From Geminicoccaceae bacterium (GTDB taxonomy: Bacteria; Pseudomonadota; Alphaproteobacteria; Geminicoccales; Geminicoccaceae), in the NCBI GenBank assembly GCA_020638465.1, contig JACKIM010000003.1, positions 34,675-98,674 on the forward strand: DNA of 64,000 bases. Direction: 5' to 3'. Below are positions 47,502 to 56,957 of the stretch, piece after piece (position 1 is the first letter of the stretch; each line of letters opens with the position of its first letter). A model generated the notes under the pieces. It had not been told where the DNA came from. It did not search any database and saw only the letters and a program-made list of their open reading frames with translations. A program made the position numbers and the translations under genes.

Positions 47502-48641
47502 TCACTGCCCATAGGGGTCGGCGGCGTCACGCATGCCATCGCCGAGGAAATTGAAGGCGAGCACCGCCACCACCACGAAGCCGCCCGGGATGAACAGCCA
47601 GGGTGCTTGACTTATGGAGCGCACGTTCTGCGCCTCCTTGAGCAGCACCCCCCAGCTGATCGCGGGCGGTTGCAGGCCGAGACCGAGGAAACTCAGGCTC
47701 GTCTCGGCAAGGATCATCAGCGGGACCGCCAATGTCAGCGAGGCGATGATGTGGCTGGTGAGCGATGGCAGCATGTGACGAAAGATGATGCGCTTCTCGC
47801 TGGCACCGTCGAGACGGGCCGCGATGACGAAATCCTCGTTCTTCATGGCGAGGAAACGGCCGCGCACCACCCGTCCCAGTTCGGTCCATCCCACGAGCGA
47901 CACGATCAGCGTTATGACGAAATATTGCAGGTAGATGGGCCATGACGGCGGCAGGGCCGCCGCAAGCGCGAGCCAGATCGGAATGGTCGGCAGCGAGAGG
48001 ACGAACTCGATCAGGCGCTGGATGATGACGTCGACCCGTCCGCCATAGTACCCCGACAGGCCGCCAAGCGTGATGCCGAGGACGAGGGAGATGGCGACGC
48101 CGACGAGCCCGATCGACATTGATATCCGCGTGCCGTACATTGTCCGGCTGAACATGTCGCGGCCAAGACGATCGGCACCGAAGAAGAAGACATTGTCGCG
48201 GGGATTTTCCGTGGCGATCAGATGTGTCTCGCTGTCGAATATCCCCCACAACCTGTAGGGTGCGCCCTTGCCGAAAAACTCCAGATAGATCTTTTCGCCC
48301 GTGGGCTCGTAGCTCACCCTGAAGGTCTTCGGATCGCGCTTGCGGTCCATCGCATCCACATAGGGCCGGAACGACCAGCTCCCGTCTTCGGCAACATCCA
48401 CGAAATGCGGCATCTGCGGCGGGTGGAATATCGCCCGGCGGTTCTGCGTGAGCGGATCGCCCGGCGCAATGAACTCGCAGAAGAGCACGATCACGTAGAA
48501 CAGCACGATGACCCACAGCCCCGCCATGGCGAGCTTGTGCCGTTTGAAGGCCCACCAGGTGAGCTGGGCCTGGGACGCGACCGCCACCTTGTTGTCGACG
48601 GCGACCGGCGCATCGTTGTCGAGAATGCCTGCCTCACTCAT
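47502..48641 (-). CDS. ABC transporter permease (OppC type with long N-terminal periplasmic extension)
   Basis: 379 aa, polytopic. Confidence 0.9.
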   Translation of the reverse strand: MSEAGILDNDAPVAVDNKVAVASQAQLTWWAFKRHKLAMAGLWVIVLFYVIVLFCEFIAPGDPLTQNRRAIFHPPQMPHFVDVAEDGSWSFRPYVDAMDRKRDPKTFRVSYEPTGEKIYLEFFGKGAPYRLWGIFDSETHLIATENPRDNVFFFGADRLGRDMFSRTMYGTRISMSIGLVGVAISLVLGITLGGLSGYYGGRVDVIIQRLIEFVLSLPTIPIWLALAAALPPSWPIYLQYFVITLIVSLVGWTELGRVVRGRFLAMKNEDFVIAARLDGASEKRIIFRHMLPSLTSHIIASLTLAVPLMILAETSLSFLGLGLQPPAISWGVLLKEAQNVRSISQAPWLFIPGGFVVVAVLAFNFLGDGMRDAADPYGQ

Positions 48642-49620
48642 AGCGCACCCGCGGATCCAGGAGAACGAGCAGAATGTCGGAAATCAGCATGCCGATGACC
48701 GTCAGCGACGAGAGCAGCAGCACGAAGGCACCGGCCAGGTACATGTCCTGCGCCAGCAGCGCCTGAAGCATCAGCGGCCCCGCCGTGGGCAGCGAAAGGA
48801 CGATGGCGGTCACCACCGCCCCCGAAACGAGGTTGGGCAGGACCCACCCGATCGTCGATATGAACGGATTCAGCGCGACCCGCACGGGGTATTTCATGAT
48901 GAGCCTGAATTCCGACAGCCCCTTGGCCCGGGCGGTATCGACATAGGGCTTGTTGAGCTCGTCGAGCAGATTGGCGCGCATGATGCGGATGAGGCTGGCG
49001 GTTGCCGACGTGCCGAGCACGACCATCGGCAGCCAGAGATGCTTCATCAGGTCGACCACCTTGGCCATCGACCACGGGGCATTTGCATACCGGTCGGAGA
49101 ACAGTCCGCCGACATCGGCTCCGAAATACACGACACCGATGTACATGAGCACCAGGGCGAGGAGGAAGTTCGGGGTGGCAAGGCCGATGAAACCGATGAA
49201 GGTCGCAACGTAGTCACCCAGCGAATACTTGCGGACGGCGCTGTATACACCGATGGGAAAGGCGACGGCCCACGTGAACAGCAGGGTCGAGAAACTCAGG
49301 ATGAGCGTCAGCCCCATGCGCTCCCAGATGAGGTCCGAAACCGGCTGCCGCCATTCGAACGACATTCCGAAATCGCCATGGAGAAGATTGGTGACCCACT
49401 TGAAGTACTGGACATAGAGCGGCTGATCGAGGCCGAAGCGCATGCGCAGGTTGTCGATCGTCGCCTGGTCGAGGACTTCGTTCGATTCGCCGAGCTTGGC
49501 GATGTAGGTGGTCAGGTAGTCGCCGGGCGGTGCCTGTATCAGCAGGAAGGCAACGATCGAAACGGCAAAGAGAAAGGGCACCATCCAGATGATGCGCTTG
49601 ACGATATAACGCAGGATCAT
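48634..49620 (-). CDS. ABC transporter permease (OppB type)
   Basis: 328 aa. Begins MILRYIVKRIIWMV and ends LLVLLDPRVRYE. Confidence 0.9.
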   Translation of the reverse strand: MILRYIVKRIIWMVPFLFAVSIVAFLLIQAPPGDYLTTYIAKLGESNEVLDQATIDNLRMRFGLDQPLYVQYFKWVTNLLHGDFGMSFEWRQPVSDLIWERMGLTLILSFSTLLFTWAVAFPIGVYSAVRKYSLGDYVATFIGFIGLATPNFLLALVLMYIGVVYFGADVGGLFSDRYANAPWSMAKVVDLMKHLWLPMVVLGTSATASLIRIMRANLLDELNKPYVDTARAKGLSEFRLIMKYPVRVALNPFISTIGWVLPNLVSGAVVTAIVLSLPTAGPLMLQALLAQDMYLAGAFVLLLSSLTVIGMLISDILLVLLDPRVRYE

Positions 49621-49685
49621 GATGGCGCCCCGTCAAATACGACGGGATCCGCAAACCGACCCCCCGACGCGGATCCCGCCCCCCA

Positions 49686-51620
49686 TCAATTGTTGTCGTA
49701 GTACCAGGTCTGCGGCAGCGTCGGCCCGGGATCCGGATACATCCAGGCACCGGGCATGATCTCCGGAACGTTGCGCAGCTTCACGTTCACCACGCCATAG
49801 AGATTCGGTGCGGATGAAATTCCGAACACCTCGAAGGCGTCGGCGGCCATCTGGTGGATCTGCCGGAACAATTCGGCCTGCCGGTCGGGATCGGCCGTCT
49901 GCTTGAACTCGTCGTAAAGGGCAAGGCGTTCCTTCATCGACTCGCTCGGTTCCTGGCCATCCTTGCCGCCCGACAGGTACCAGCGCGCCCATGGAATGGC
50001 GAACCAGGAAGCCTGCGGATGGACGGCCAGCACGTCACGCGGGCTCAGATAGGGATCGAGACCGCCCGGCGCACCCCAGACCATGAAATCATGCTCATTG
50101 GCCTCGCCGCGGCTGTAATAGATGGAACGCTCCACCGAGGTGGAGTGGAGATCGACGCCGATCTTGCGCCACTGCTCCTTCATGATTTCGAGCGCATCGC
50201 CCCAGTCGGGCTGCTCGATCCCCGTGTACTGGACATTGAAGGTGAACCGGCGGCCGTCGGGCAGCAGGCGGAAGTCGTCGGAATCGCGCTTGTCCAGTCC
50301 CGCACCGTCAAGCAGCTCGTTGGCCCGGTCCGGGTCGTATTCCGTGAACTGGTGCCCCAGCTGCTCGTTGTACAGCGGATGGCTGGGTTTGGGACCGATC
50401 TGCCACGGCTCGCCCATTCCCTGGTAGACGATGTCGATGATCTCGTCACGGTCGATCCCGAGCGACAGTGCGACACGCACATCCCTGTTGTCCAGCACCT
50501 CGCGCATGACCGGATCCTTGTGGGTCAGGTTGAGATGGATGGCCATGGCATTGGAATTGGCATTATCGAGTTCATACAGCTTGTAGCCGTTCTTTTCCGC
50601 ATTCTCGGCGAGCACGGGTACATTGGCGAGGGCATCGATGCGCCGCCGCTGCATGTCGATATTGCCGGCAGCCGCCTCCAGCAGGAGGGCCTCGGAATCC
50701 TGGACGACATTCATCGCCAGTTCATCGATGTAGGGCAGCTGGTTCCCGTCCGTGTCGACCTGCCAGAAATAGGGATTGCGGGCCATCACGACGCGTGTGG
50801 CTCCCGCCGTGTAGGCATCCTTGGTCATGACCCAGGGATCGAGCGTCGGGCGATCCGGATTGCCCCAGCGGTTGGGGGCCTCGACCTCCCCGCAGCGCAG
50901 GCGGAACAGTGCCGGCCAGTCCTCGACCGCTTCGGTGCTGGCAACCAGGTCGGCGACCTTGTCGTTGTACTTGGGATGGAACTGGCTGCAGTAATGCTTG
51001 GCCCAGAGCACAGGCTCCTGGGCCAGCGGCGTCGCCAGTTCCTGGAGGAACATGCCATACGGCGCGGCGAACTTCAGCTTGACCGTGTAATCGTCGACCT
51101 TCTCCGCGGTCATCAGCTTGTCGTCGACCACGAAGCGCGCCGGCGGATTGGGGTAGAATTCCGTGTTGCTCAGGAGATCGTCAACGAAGAACATGATGTC
51201 GTCGGCCGTGAACGGCTCGCCGTCCGACCACTTCGTCCCCTTGCGGAGCTTGAAGGTGTATTCGGACGCGTCGTCGTTGACTTCCCAGCTTTCGGCCAGG
51301 TTGGGCTTGATGTTCGAAAAATCGGGCTCCCACCGGGTCAGCCCCTGGGGTGAAACGATGCGCAGGATCGAGTTGTGGTCATTCGAACCGCCAAGCACGC
51401 GGCGCAATGTCCCGCCATAGGTTCCGACACTGTCGAGAGGCGTCACGACCTCGGGCTGGTCGGGAAGGCGCTGGTCCACTTCCGGCAATTGTCCCGCCTT
51501 GACCATCTCCGCCAGCGACGGCGCTTCCTGATAGGCCCAGGCCAGTGCCGGCGACAGCAGCAGCCCTGCCATGGCCGTAGCCATCAGTGCACGGCGACCG
51601 GCACACCATGATCGTGCCAT
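49686..51620 (-). CDS. ABC transporter substrate-binding protein, family 5 (large, 644 aa)
   Basis: Signal peptide RRALMATAMAGLLLSPALAWA. SD GGGAGG 8 nt upstream. Confidence 0.9.
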   Translation of the reverse strand: MARSWCAGRRALMATAMAGLLLSPALAWAYQEAPSLAEMVKAGQLPEVDQRLPDQPEVVTPLDSVGTYGGTLRRVLGGSNDHNSILRIVSPQGLTRWEPDFSNIKPNLAESWEVNDDASEYTFKLRKGTKWSDGEPFTADDIMFFVDDLLSNTEFYPNPPARFVVDDKLMTAEKVDDYTVKLKFAAPYGMFLQELATPLAQEPVLWAKHYCSQFHPKYNDKVADLVASTEAVEDWPALFRLRCGEVEAPNRWGNPDRPTLDPWVMTKDAYTAGATRVVMARNPYFWQVDTDGNQLPYIDELAMNVVQDSEALLLEAAAGNIDMQRRRIDALANVPVLAENAEKNGYKLYELDNANSNAMAIHLNLTHKDPVMREVLDNRDVRVALSLGIDRDEIIDIVYQGMGEPWQIGPKPSHPLYNEQLGHQFTEYDPDRANELLDGAGLDKRDSDDFRLLPDGRRFTFNVQYTGIEQPDWGDALEIMKEQWRKIGVDLHSTSVERSIYYSRGEANEHDFMVWGAPGGLDPYLSPRDVLAVHPQASWFAIPWARWYLSGGKDGQEPSESMKERLALYDEFKQTADPDRQAELFRQIHQMAADAFEVFGISSAPNLYGVVNVKLRNVPEIMPGAWMYPDPGPTLPQTWYYDNN

Positions 51621-51671
51621 GCGGATAACCTCCCTGATTTATTTCACAAGACAGGTTCACATCTTATCCGC

Positions 51672-51721
51672 GAGTTGTCAAACGCATTCATGAGTTGTCA
51701 ATTAGGCTGTTGACTTGTCAT
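51672..51721. promoter_or_regulatory. Three direct repeats GA(G/C)TTGTCA(A/T) phased exactly 20 bp apart (candidate GntR operator array)
   Basis: GAGTTGTCAA at 51672, GAGTTGTCAA at 51692, GACTTGTCAT at 51712. They lie in the 127-bp divergent region between the SBP gene (51620, minus strand) and the GntR gene (51748, plus strand). Confidence 0.55.
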
Positions 51722-51747
51722 GAAACCCGCTTCCACAATACGCGATC

Positions 51748-52482
51748 ATGACTGCCGTCAATCCGCATCCGACCTGTCCGACGGGAGCCGATCGCAGGCC
51801 ATCCGAGCCAACGCTGGGCGACCATGTCCACGAACAATTGCTGGACCGCATAAGGGCCGGCGTCTATCCGCTCGACAGCCGGCTGCCGAGCGAGATCGAT
51901 CTGGCGGCCGAATTCGAGGTGTCGCGCCCGATCGTGCGCTCGGCACTCGCCCGGTTGCGCGAGGAGGGCCTGGTGGTCTCGCGCCGCGGTTCGGGGAGCT
52001 TCGTCGCCAGCAGCAGCGAAACCGGCACCGGCGGCTACATGCAGCTCAAGAGCGTCGAGGACATCGCCGCGTGGTACGAATTCCGTCGCATGATCGAATC
52101 GGAGACCGCGGCGCGCGCCGCAAGCCGCGCATCGGGCGATGATGTCGCCAGGCTGGAAGCCATCGCACTGGAGATGGAGCGCACCCTCGACGAGGGCCGT
52201 TCAGGCGTGGAGGTCGACATCCGCTTTCACGACGCGATCGCCGCGATCGCCGACAACCGCTTTTTGCACCAGACCGTCATCATGATCCGCCCCCACCTCT
52301 ATTTCATCGCCCGCTTTGTCCGCAGCCTCGGGCAGATGGGCTATCTGACCGGCCAGATCGAGGCGCGCGGCGAGCACCGGGCGATCATCGCGGCGATCAG
52401 GGCCGGCGATGCCGATGCGGCCCGCAGGGCGATGGTCGACCACGTCGACGGGTCTCACAGGAGGGTATTCAAGGGCGAGTAG
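51748..52482 (+). CDS. GntR/FadR family transcriptional regulator
   Basis: 244 aa. wHTH LPSEIDLAAEFEVSRPIVRSALARLREEG and FadR-type C-terminal domain. Confidence 0.9.
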   Translation: MTAVNPHPTCPTGADRRPSEPTLGDHVHEQLLDRIRAGVYPLDSRLPSEIDLAAEFEVSRPIVRSALARLREEGLVVSRRGSGSFVASSSETGTGGYMQLKSVEDIAAWYEFRRMIESETAARAASRASGDDVARLEAIALEMERTLDEGRSGVEVDIRFHDAIAAIADNRFLHQTVIMIRPHLYFIARFVRSLGQMGYLTGQIEARGEHRAIIAAIRAGDADAARRAMVDHVDGSHRRVFKGE

Positions 52483-52626
52483 ATTCAGCCGTTGTGATTA
52501 TATGTCATTCTGATCATTTTCACATTGATGAGACAAATGGACACCCCCGCCCCGTCGGGCTGATCATGTAAGAGTCATGATGAACGGGCATCGTCACAGC
52601 CCGTCGGAATAAAGCGGGAGAGTCTC

Positions 52627-53850
52627 ATGTCGATTGCCAGACCGGTCGTGCGGACCGTCGCACGAAACCTGTTGCTCATGGGCGCGTTCACGACGGCGGC
52701 GACAGCGCCATTCCCTGTCGATGCCCAGTCGGCAAGCGAAGTCGAAAGCCTGCAGAAGCAGATCGAGGAATTGCAGAAGCAGATCGACGATCTCAGGCAG
52801 AAGCAGACCGAGACGGCCAGGCGGGTGGAGGAGCCACCCACCGTCGGATCCGGCAACGACAAGGTGCGGCTGAGCATTTCGGGACAGGTCGACCGCGCCG
52901 TCCTGATGACCAATGACGGCCACAGCAGCGATGCATTCTTCGTCGACAACGACAACAGCTCGACGCGCATCCGCATGATCGGCGAGGCCGATGCGAGCGA
53001 CGACGTCACGATCGGGTCCAACATCGAGGTGCAGTTCAAGAGCAATGCCAGCACGGCGGTCAACCAGCGCGACGAGCGCAATGTCGGCCCGAACAACTTC
53101 ACCGAACGCAAGATGGAGATCTATGTCGACAGCAAGAGTCTTGGCCGCCTTTCCCTGGGCCAGGGCGACACGGCCTCGAACAGCACCTCGGAGGTCGATC
53201 TTTCCGGCACCACCGTCGTCGGCTACTCGTCGATCGCCGACATGGCGGGCGGCATTCTCTTTCGCGACGGCAGCGATTTCACCGACATCACCATCGGCGA
53301 CGGTTTCAGCAATCTCGATGGCCTGTCGCGGGATGACCGCATCCGCTACGACACTCCGGACTTCGGCGGCTTCAAGCTCTCGGGCTCGCTGGTCGCGGAC
53401 GAGAGATCGGACATTGCCGCCCGCTTCTCCCGCCAATATGGCGAGACCAGGGTCGCGGCCGCGATCGCCTACGCTCACGACGATGGCGATTTCGACCAGG
53501 TCAACGGCTCCGCGTCGGTCCTGTTCGCGAACGGCATCAGCCTGACAGCGGCCGGCGGCAACCGGGACAACGACAACCGGGATGACGGCAGGTTCATCTA
53601 CGGCAAGGTCGGCTACGAGACGAAGCTGGTCGAATACGGCACGACGGCCTTTGCCGTCGACTATCAGCATGGCGAGGATATCGGTGCCGATGGCGACAAG
53701 GGCAATTCGTTCGGCGCGTTCGCGGTGCAGAATCTCGATGATTTGGCGACCGACCTCTATTTCGGCTACCGGTACTACGACCTCGACCGGAACAACTTCG
53801 ATCTTGATGCCATCAACGCCGTCATGACCGGCGCGCGCGTGAAGTTCTGA
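52627..53850 (+). CDS. Outer-membrane porin (beta-barrel) with N-terminal coiled-coil segment
   Basis: Signal peptide ending PVDAQS, heptad-like SEVESLQKQIEELQKQIDDLRQKQ, alternating beta-strand pattern, C-terminal ...GARVKF. Confidence 0.75.
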   Translation: MSIARPVVRTVARNLLLMGAFTTAATAPFPVDAQSASEVESLQKQIEELQKQIDDLRQKQTETARRVEEPPTVGSGNDKVRLSISGQVDRAVLMTNDGHSSDAFFVDNDNSSTRIRMIGEADASDDVTIGSNIEVQFKSNASTAVNQRDERNVGPNNFTERKMEIYVDSKSLGRLSLGQGDTASNSTSEVDLSGTTVVGYSSIADMAGGILFRDGSDFTDITIGDGFSNLDGLSRDDRIRYDTPDFGGFKLSGSLVADERSDIAARFSRQYGETRVAAAIAYAHDDGDFDQVNGSASVLFANGISLTAAGGNRDNDNRDDGRFIYGKVGYETKLVEYGTTAFAVDYQHGEDIGADGDKGNSFGAFAVQNLDDLATDLYFGYRYYDLDRNNFDLDAINAVMTGARVKF

Positions 53851-54035
53851 TGCAGCGCACTGTTGTCGCCCTGCTGGCGATACTGGCCGTCAACAGCTGC
53901 GGCGGCCAGTCCTACACGGCGCCGGAAGTCGACGAGCTCAAGCCCGGCCGTGGTCTCTTCACGGGCGACGAGGGCGCGTTTGTCATCCGTCCCCCGGCAT
54001 CCACGATGAAACCGAAGAAACAGGACCGTATCTGA
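53850..54035 (+). CDS. Small putative lipoprotein (61 aa)
   Basis: Start overlaps the porin stop (TGATG). Signal peptide plus lipobox-like LAVNSC. Confidence 0.5.
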   Translation: MQRTVVALLAILAVNSCGGQSYTAPEVDELKPGRGLFTGDEGAFVIRPPASTMKPKKQDRI

Positions 54036-54096
54036 AGGACTTGCGGGCTGAAGCCGATCCCGGATATCGCCGCCGGGACCGGCTTTCCTTTCGGCT

Positions 54097-55083
54097 TCAT
54101 CCGGCCTTCCCCGTCATTCGGGCACTGCCGGATCCGGCCGCGAACTCGGGTATGTGCGCGGCGGCCGCCTCGCGGATGCGTTCCACGGCGGCACCATCGA
54201 CACCGCTGTACGGCCAGAGCAGGCGGGGAGTGATCGTCGCCCATCCGCCGGCCGCCGCCATGGCCTTGTCGCAGGCATAGCCCGGAAGGCCGGATGCGAG
54301 AATGGGGGCGATGGCATCCGCCATGAACGATGCGATGCGCCGTTCCAGATCGAGGGCCGCATCGGCGTCGGTGCGGACGAGCCCCGCCCAGGCGACGGCG
54401 GCGGCGGGATCGAGGCAGGCCATGTTCGAGTAGGAACCATGGGCGCCGGAAGCGATGCCGCTGGCGTAATGATGCCCTGGAATGAACACCGCGATCCGCT
54501 CCAGCACCGGCCGCATCGCTGCATACCAGTGGCCATCTCCGCCCGCGCACTTGAGCCCGATCAGGGAAGGCACTGCAATGCAAGCCTTTTCCAGATCCTG
54601 CGGTGTGAGCACGGTCTTGGCATGCGGTGGGTTGTAGAGCACCAGCGGCATATCCTGCGCAGCCTGTGCACAGCCTTCGAGATATCTGCATGCAGCCGGC
54701 GGGTCGATCGGCGACCAGTCGGGCAACGTGACCTGAATGGCAGCGGGTGCCAATCCGCTGGCGAATATGATGCGGTCGACGGCCTGCCGTGGAAGCGGAT
54801 GCGATGCGCCGATCTGGAACGGCAACCCCGCCTGCCGTGCCGCATGGGCGAAACGGCGGCTGACCGCCTCGAATTGTCCATCGGCAAGGCAGTGGAACTC
54901 GCTGGCCGTGCCGTGGACATACACGCCGTCGACACCCGCCGCGGCGAATGCCCGGACCTGTTCGTCGATGGCTTCGAGGCGGATGCCGCCATCCTCGCGC
55001 ACATCGAGGAGAACGGTCGCCCACACGCCGCGCAGGCGAGCAGCCGTCATCCGCGGCGGACGCCCCCCGTTCAGGCCAGCCAT
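54097..55083 (-). CDS. Dihydrodipicolinate synthase family protein (second aldolase paralogue next to nanA)
   Basis: 328 aa. VHGTASEF replaces the GTTGE motif. Candidate Schiff-base Lys in LIGLKCAGG. Start is 55083 (13-nt overlap with nanA) or 55050. Confidence 0.75.
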   Translation of the reverse strand: MAGLNGGRPPRMTAARLRGVWATVLLDVREDGGIRLEAIDEQVRAFAAAGVDGVYVHGTASEFHCLADGQFEAVSRRFAHAARQAGLPFQIGASHPLPRQAVDRIIFASGLAPAAIQVTLPDWSPIDPPAACRYLEGCAQAAQDMPLVLYNPPHAKTVLTPQDLEKACIAVPSLIGLKCAGGDGHWYAAMRPVLERIAVFIPGHHYASGIASGAHGSYSNMACLDPAAAVAWAGLVRTDADAALDLERRIASFMADAIAPILASGLPGYACDKAMAAAGGWATITPRLLWPYSGVDGAAVERIREAAAAHIPEFAAGSGSARMTGKAG

Positions 55084-55967
55084 GGGCGCACCGCGTCCCC
55101 GGAGAGGAAGGCCGCGAGCTTCGTTTCGGCATCGTCGCAGCGCAGCGCCATGGGCAGGCGCGCGGGGCCGACATCGATACCGCCGATGCGCAGGGCAAGC
55201 TTGGTGCCGGGGACGACACCGGTTTCCATCAGCAGCTCGACGAAGCGCTGGGAGATGTCCTGAAGCTGGCGGGCGGTGGCGAGATCGCCCTCCCGAATCG
55301 CCCGGTGCAGGGCGACATACAGCTTGCCCAGGACATTGTAGGTGGTGCCGATACCGCCATCGCTGCCGAGCAACGCGCCCGTCGCATAGATTTCATCGAA
55401 GCCGAAATAGAAGGTCTTCCCCGGATGCCGGCGGCGCAGCATCGAGAACTTGAAGAGGTCGGTGGAGGAGAATTTCACACCCTGCACACGGGGCAGTTCG
55501 AGGATGGCGGAGAGCAGGTCGAGCGGTAGCGGCCGGCCGGTGCGGATCGGGATTTCGTAGGCGATCAGCGGCAGGTCGGTGGCCGCCGACAATTCACGGT
55601 AGTAGGAAAGGATCTCGGAATCGCTGAACGGGTAGGAATGCGGCGGCAGGGCGGAGAGCGCATGATAGCCCAGCCGTGCAGCGTTGCGCGCCAGTTTGAC
55701 CGAGGTGCCCAGCGAGGGCATGCCCACATGGGCGATCAGCGTCGCGGGGTGGTTTTTCGCACTTTCCGCCACGACCGCCTGCTGTTCGAGCAGGGCATCG
55801 CTTTCCAGCAGTCCGGATTCGCCGCTGCTCCCGCCGACATACAACCCCGCCAGTCCCTGGCCGAGGACATGGGCATCCAGCCGGCGCTGGCGCTCGGGAT
55901 CGAATTCGCCCTGATCGTTCATTGCGGTCAGCAGGGCTACATACATGCCGGAAAGGGGCTTTGTCAT
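55071..55967 (-). CDS. nanA: N-acetylneuraminate lyase
   Basis: 298 aa. YVGGSSGE, GVKFSSTDLF (aligns with E. coli NanA ALKQTSGDLY, K165) and GFDEIYATGALLGSDGGIGTTYN (aligns with NanA [23 protein letters not shown]). Confidence 0.85.
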   Translation of the reverse strand: MTKPLSGMYVALLTAMNDQGEFDPERQRRLDAHVLGQGLAGLYVGGSSGESGLLESDALLEQQAVVAESAKNHPATLIAHVGMPSLGTSVKLARNAARLGYHALSALPPHSYPFSDSEILSYYRELSAATDLPLIAYEIPIRTGRPLPLDLLSAILELPRVQGVKFSSTDLFKFSMLRRRHPGKTFYFGFDEIYATGALLGSDGGIGTTYNVLGKLYVALHRAIREGDLATARQLQDISQRFVELLMETGVVPGTKLALRIGGIDVGPARLPMALRCDDAETKLAAFLSGDAVRPWLA

Positions 55968-56066
55968 GGGATGTCCGGTTGCTGGATGACGGGTCGCGGC
56001 CGGCAGGTCGTGCGTGATGGGCCCGAATGCGGCACCCGCCGGAATGCGATGACCATGCGCCCTGCT

Positions 56067-56104
56067 TTTTGGTTTGACAATACGGAATTATTGTCTTACC
56101 AAAA
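56067..56104. promoter_or_regulatory. 38-bp palindrome TTTTGGTTTGACAATA-CGGAAT-TATTGTCTTACCAAAA (candidate GntR-type operator of the nan cluster)
   Basis: 14 of 16 arm positions match. Contains a TGGT...ACCA core. Lies in the divergent region between nanA (55967, minus strand) and the GntR regulator gene. Confidence 0.6.
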
Positions 56105-56168
56105 TTTCCACAAACTGATCCCGTTATTCTGCCGGATGGCCCGCCGGGCCGGACGAGGGAGGCTCAAG

Positions 56169-56906
56169 GTGCAGCTCGCGGCCGATGGCACGCGCGGACA
56201 GGGGCGTGTCGCCGACATGATCGCCGATACGCTGATCAGCGAGATCCGCTGCGGAAAGATCGCGATCGATGACGTGCTGCCGAGCGAGCGCTCGCTGTGC
56301 GCCCGTTTCGACGCGTCGCGGCCGACGGTGCGCGAGGCCCTCTCGCAGGTGCAGCTCCGGGGCTACATCCATGCGGGCGGCGGCAAGCGGCCACGGGCGG
56401 CATGGCCATCGCTGGCGGGGATCCTGCGGGGCGCCGGCGACGTCATCCGCGATATTCTCGGCGATACCGAAAGCTCGGCCCATCTGGAACAGATGCGCCA
56501 CTTCATCGAGACGGGGGCCATGCGCGAGGCGGCCAGCCGGGCCGATCATCTCCAGATCGCGCAGATGCGTCATGCGCTCGAAACCAATTTCGAGGCCATC
56601 GGCACCTCCGGTTTCGCCGCCAGCGACCTCGCGTTCCATCGTTCGCTCGTGTCGGTGGTCGGCAATCCGATCATATTGACACTGCATGATCTTTTCGTCT
56701 CGGACATGCTCGCGCGAAGGCCGCCGGAACCCGACCGGCTCACCCACGACCGGCTGGTCTACGAGGAACACCGCCAGATCTACGACGCCGTACTCAAGGG
56801 TGACGTGATCGCTGCTACCGAGGTCATGGACCGGCATCTGGCCCGCTCCTATCGTGCCAGTCTCGGTTCGCCCAGGACTCTTTCGACCGGCGGTGATGGG
56901 GCGTAA
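56169..56906 (+). CDS. GntR/FadR family transcriptional regulator (NanR-like by context)
   Basis: wHTH LPSERSLCARFDASRPTVREALSQVQLRG. GTG at 56169 is preceded by AGGGAGG. An alternative ATG lies at 56136. The track ORF 55638.. is an over-extension. Confidence 0.85.
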   Translation: MQLAADGTRGQGRVADMIADTLISEIRCGKIAIDDVLPSERSLCARFDASRPTVREALSQVQLRGYIHAGGGKRPRAAWPSLAGILRGAGDVIRDILGDTESSAHLEQMRHFIETGAMREAASRADHLQIAQMRHALETNFEAIGTSGFAASDLAFHRSLVSVVGNPIILTLHDLFVSDMLARRPPEPDRLTHDRLVYEEHRQIYDAVLKGDVIAATEVMDRHLARSYRASLGSPRTLSTGGDGA

Positions 56907-56957
56907 CCGACCTGCATCGCCGCACCGCGAAAAAAACCAAATGGAGGAATTCTTGCA

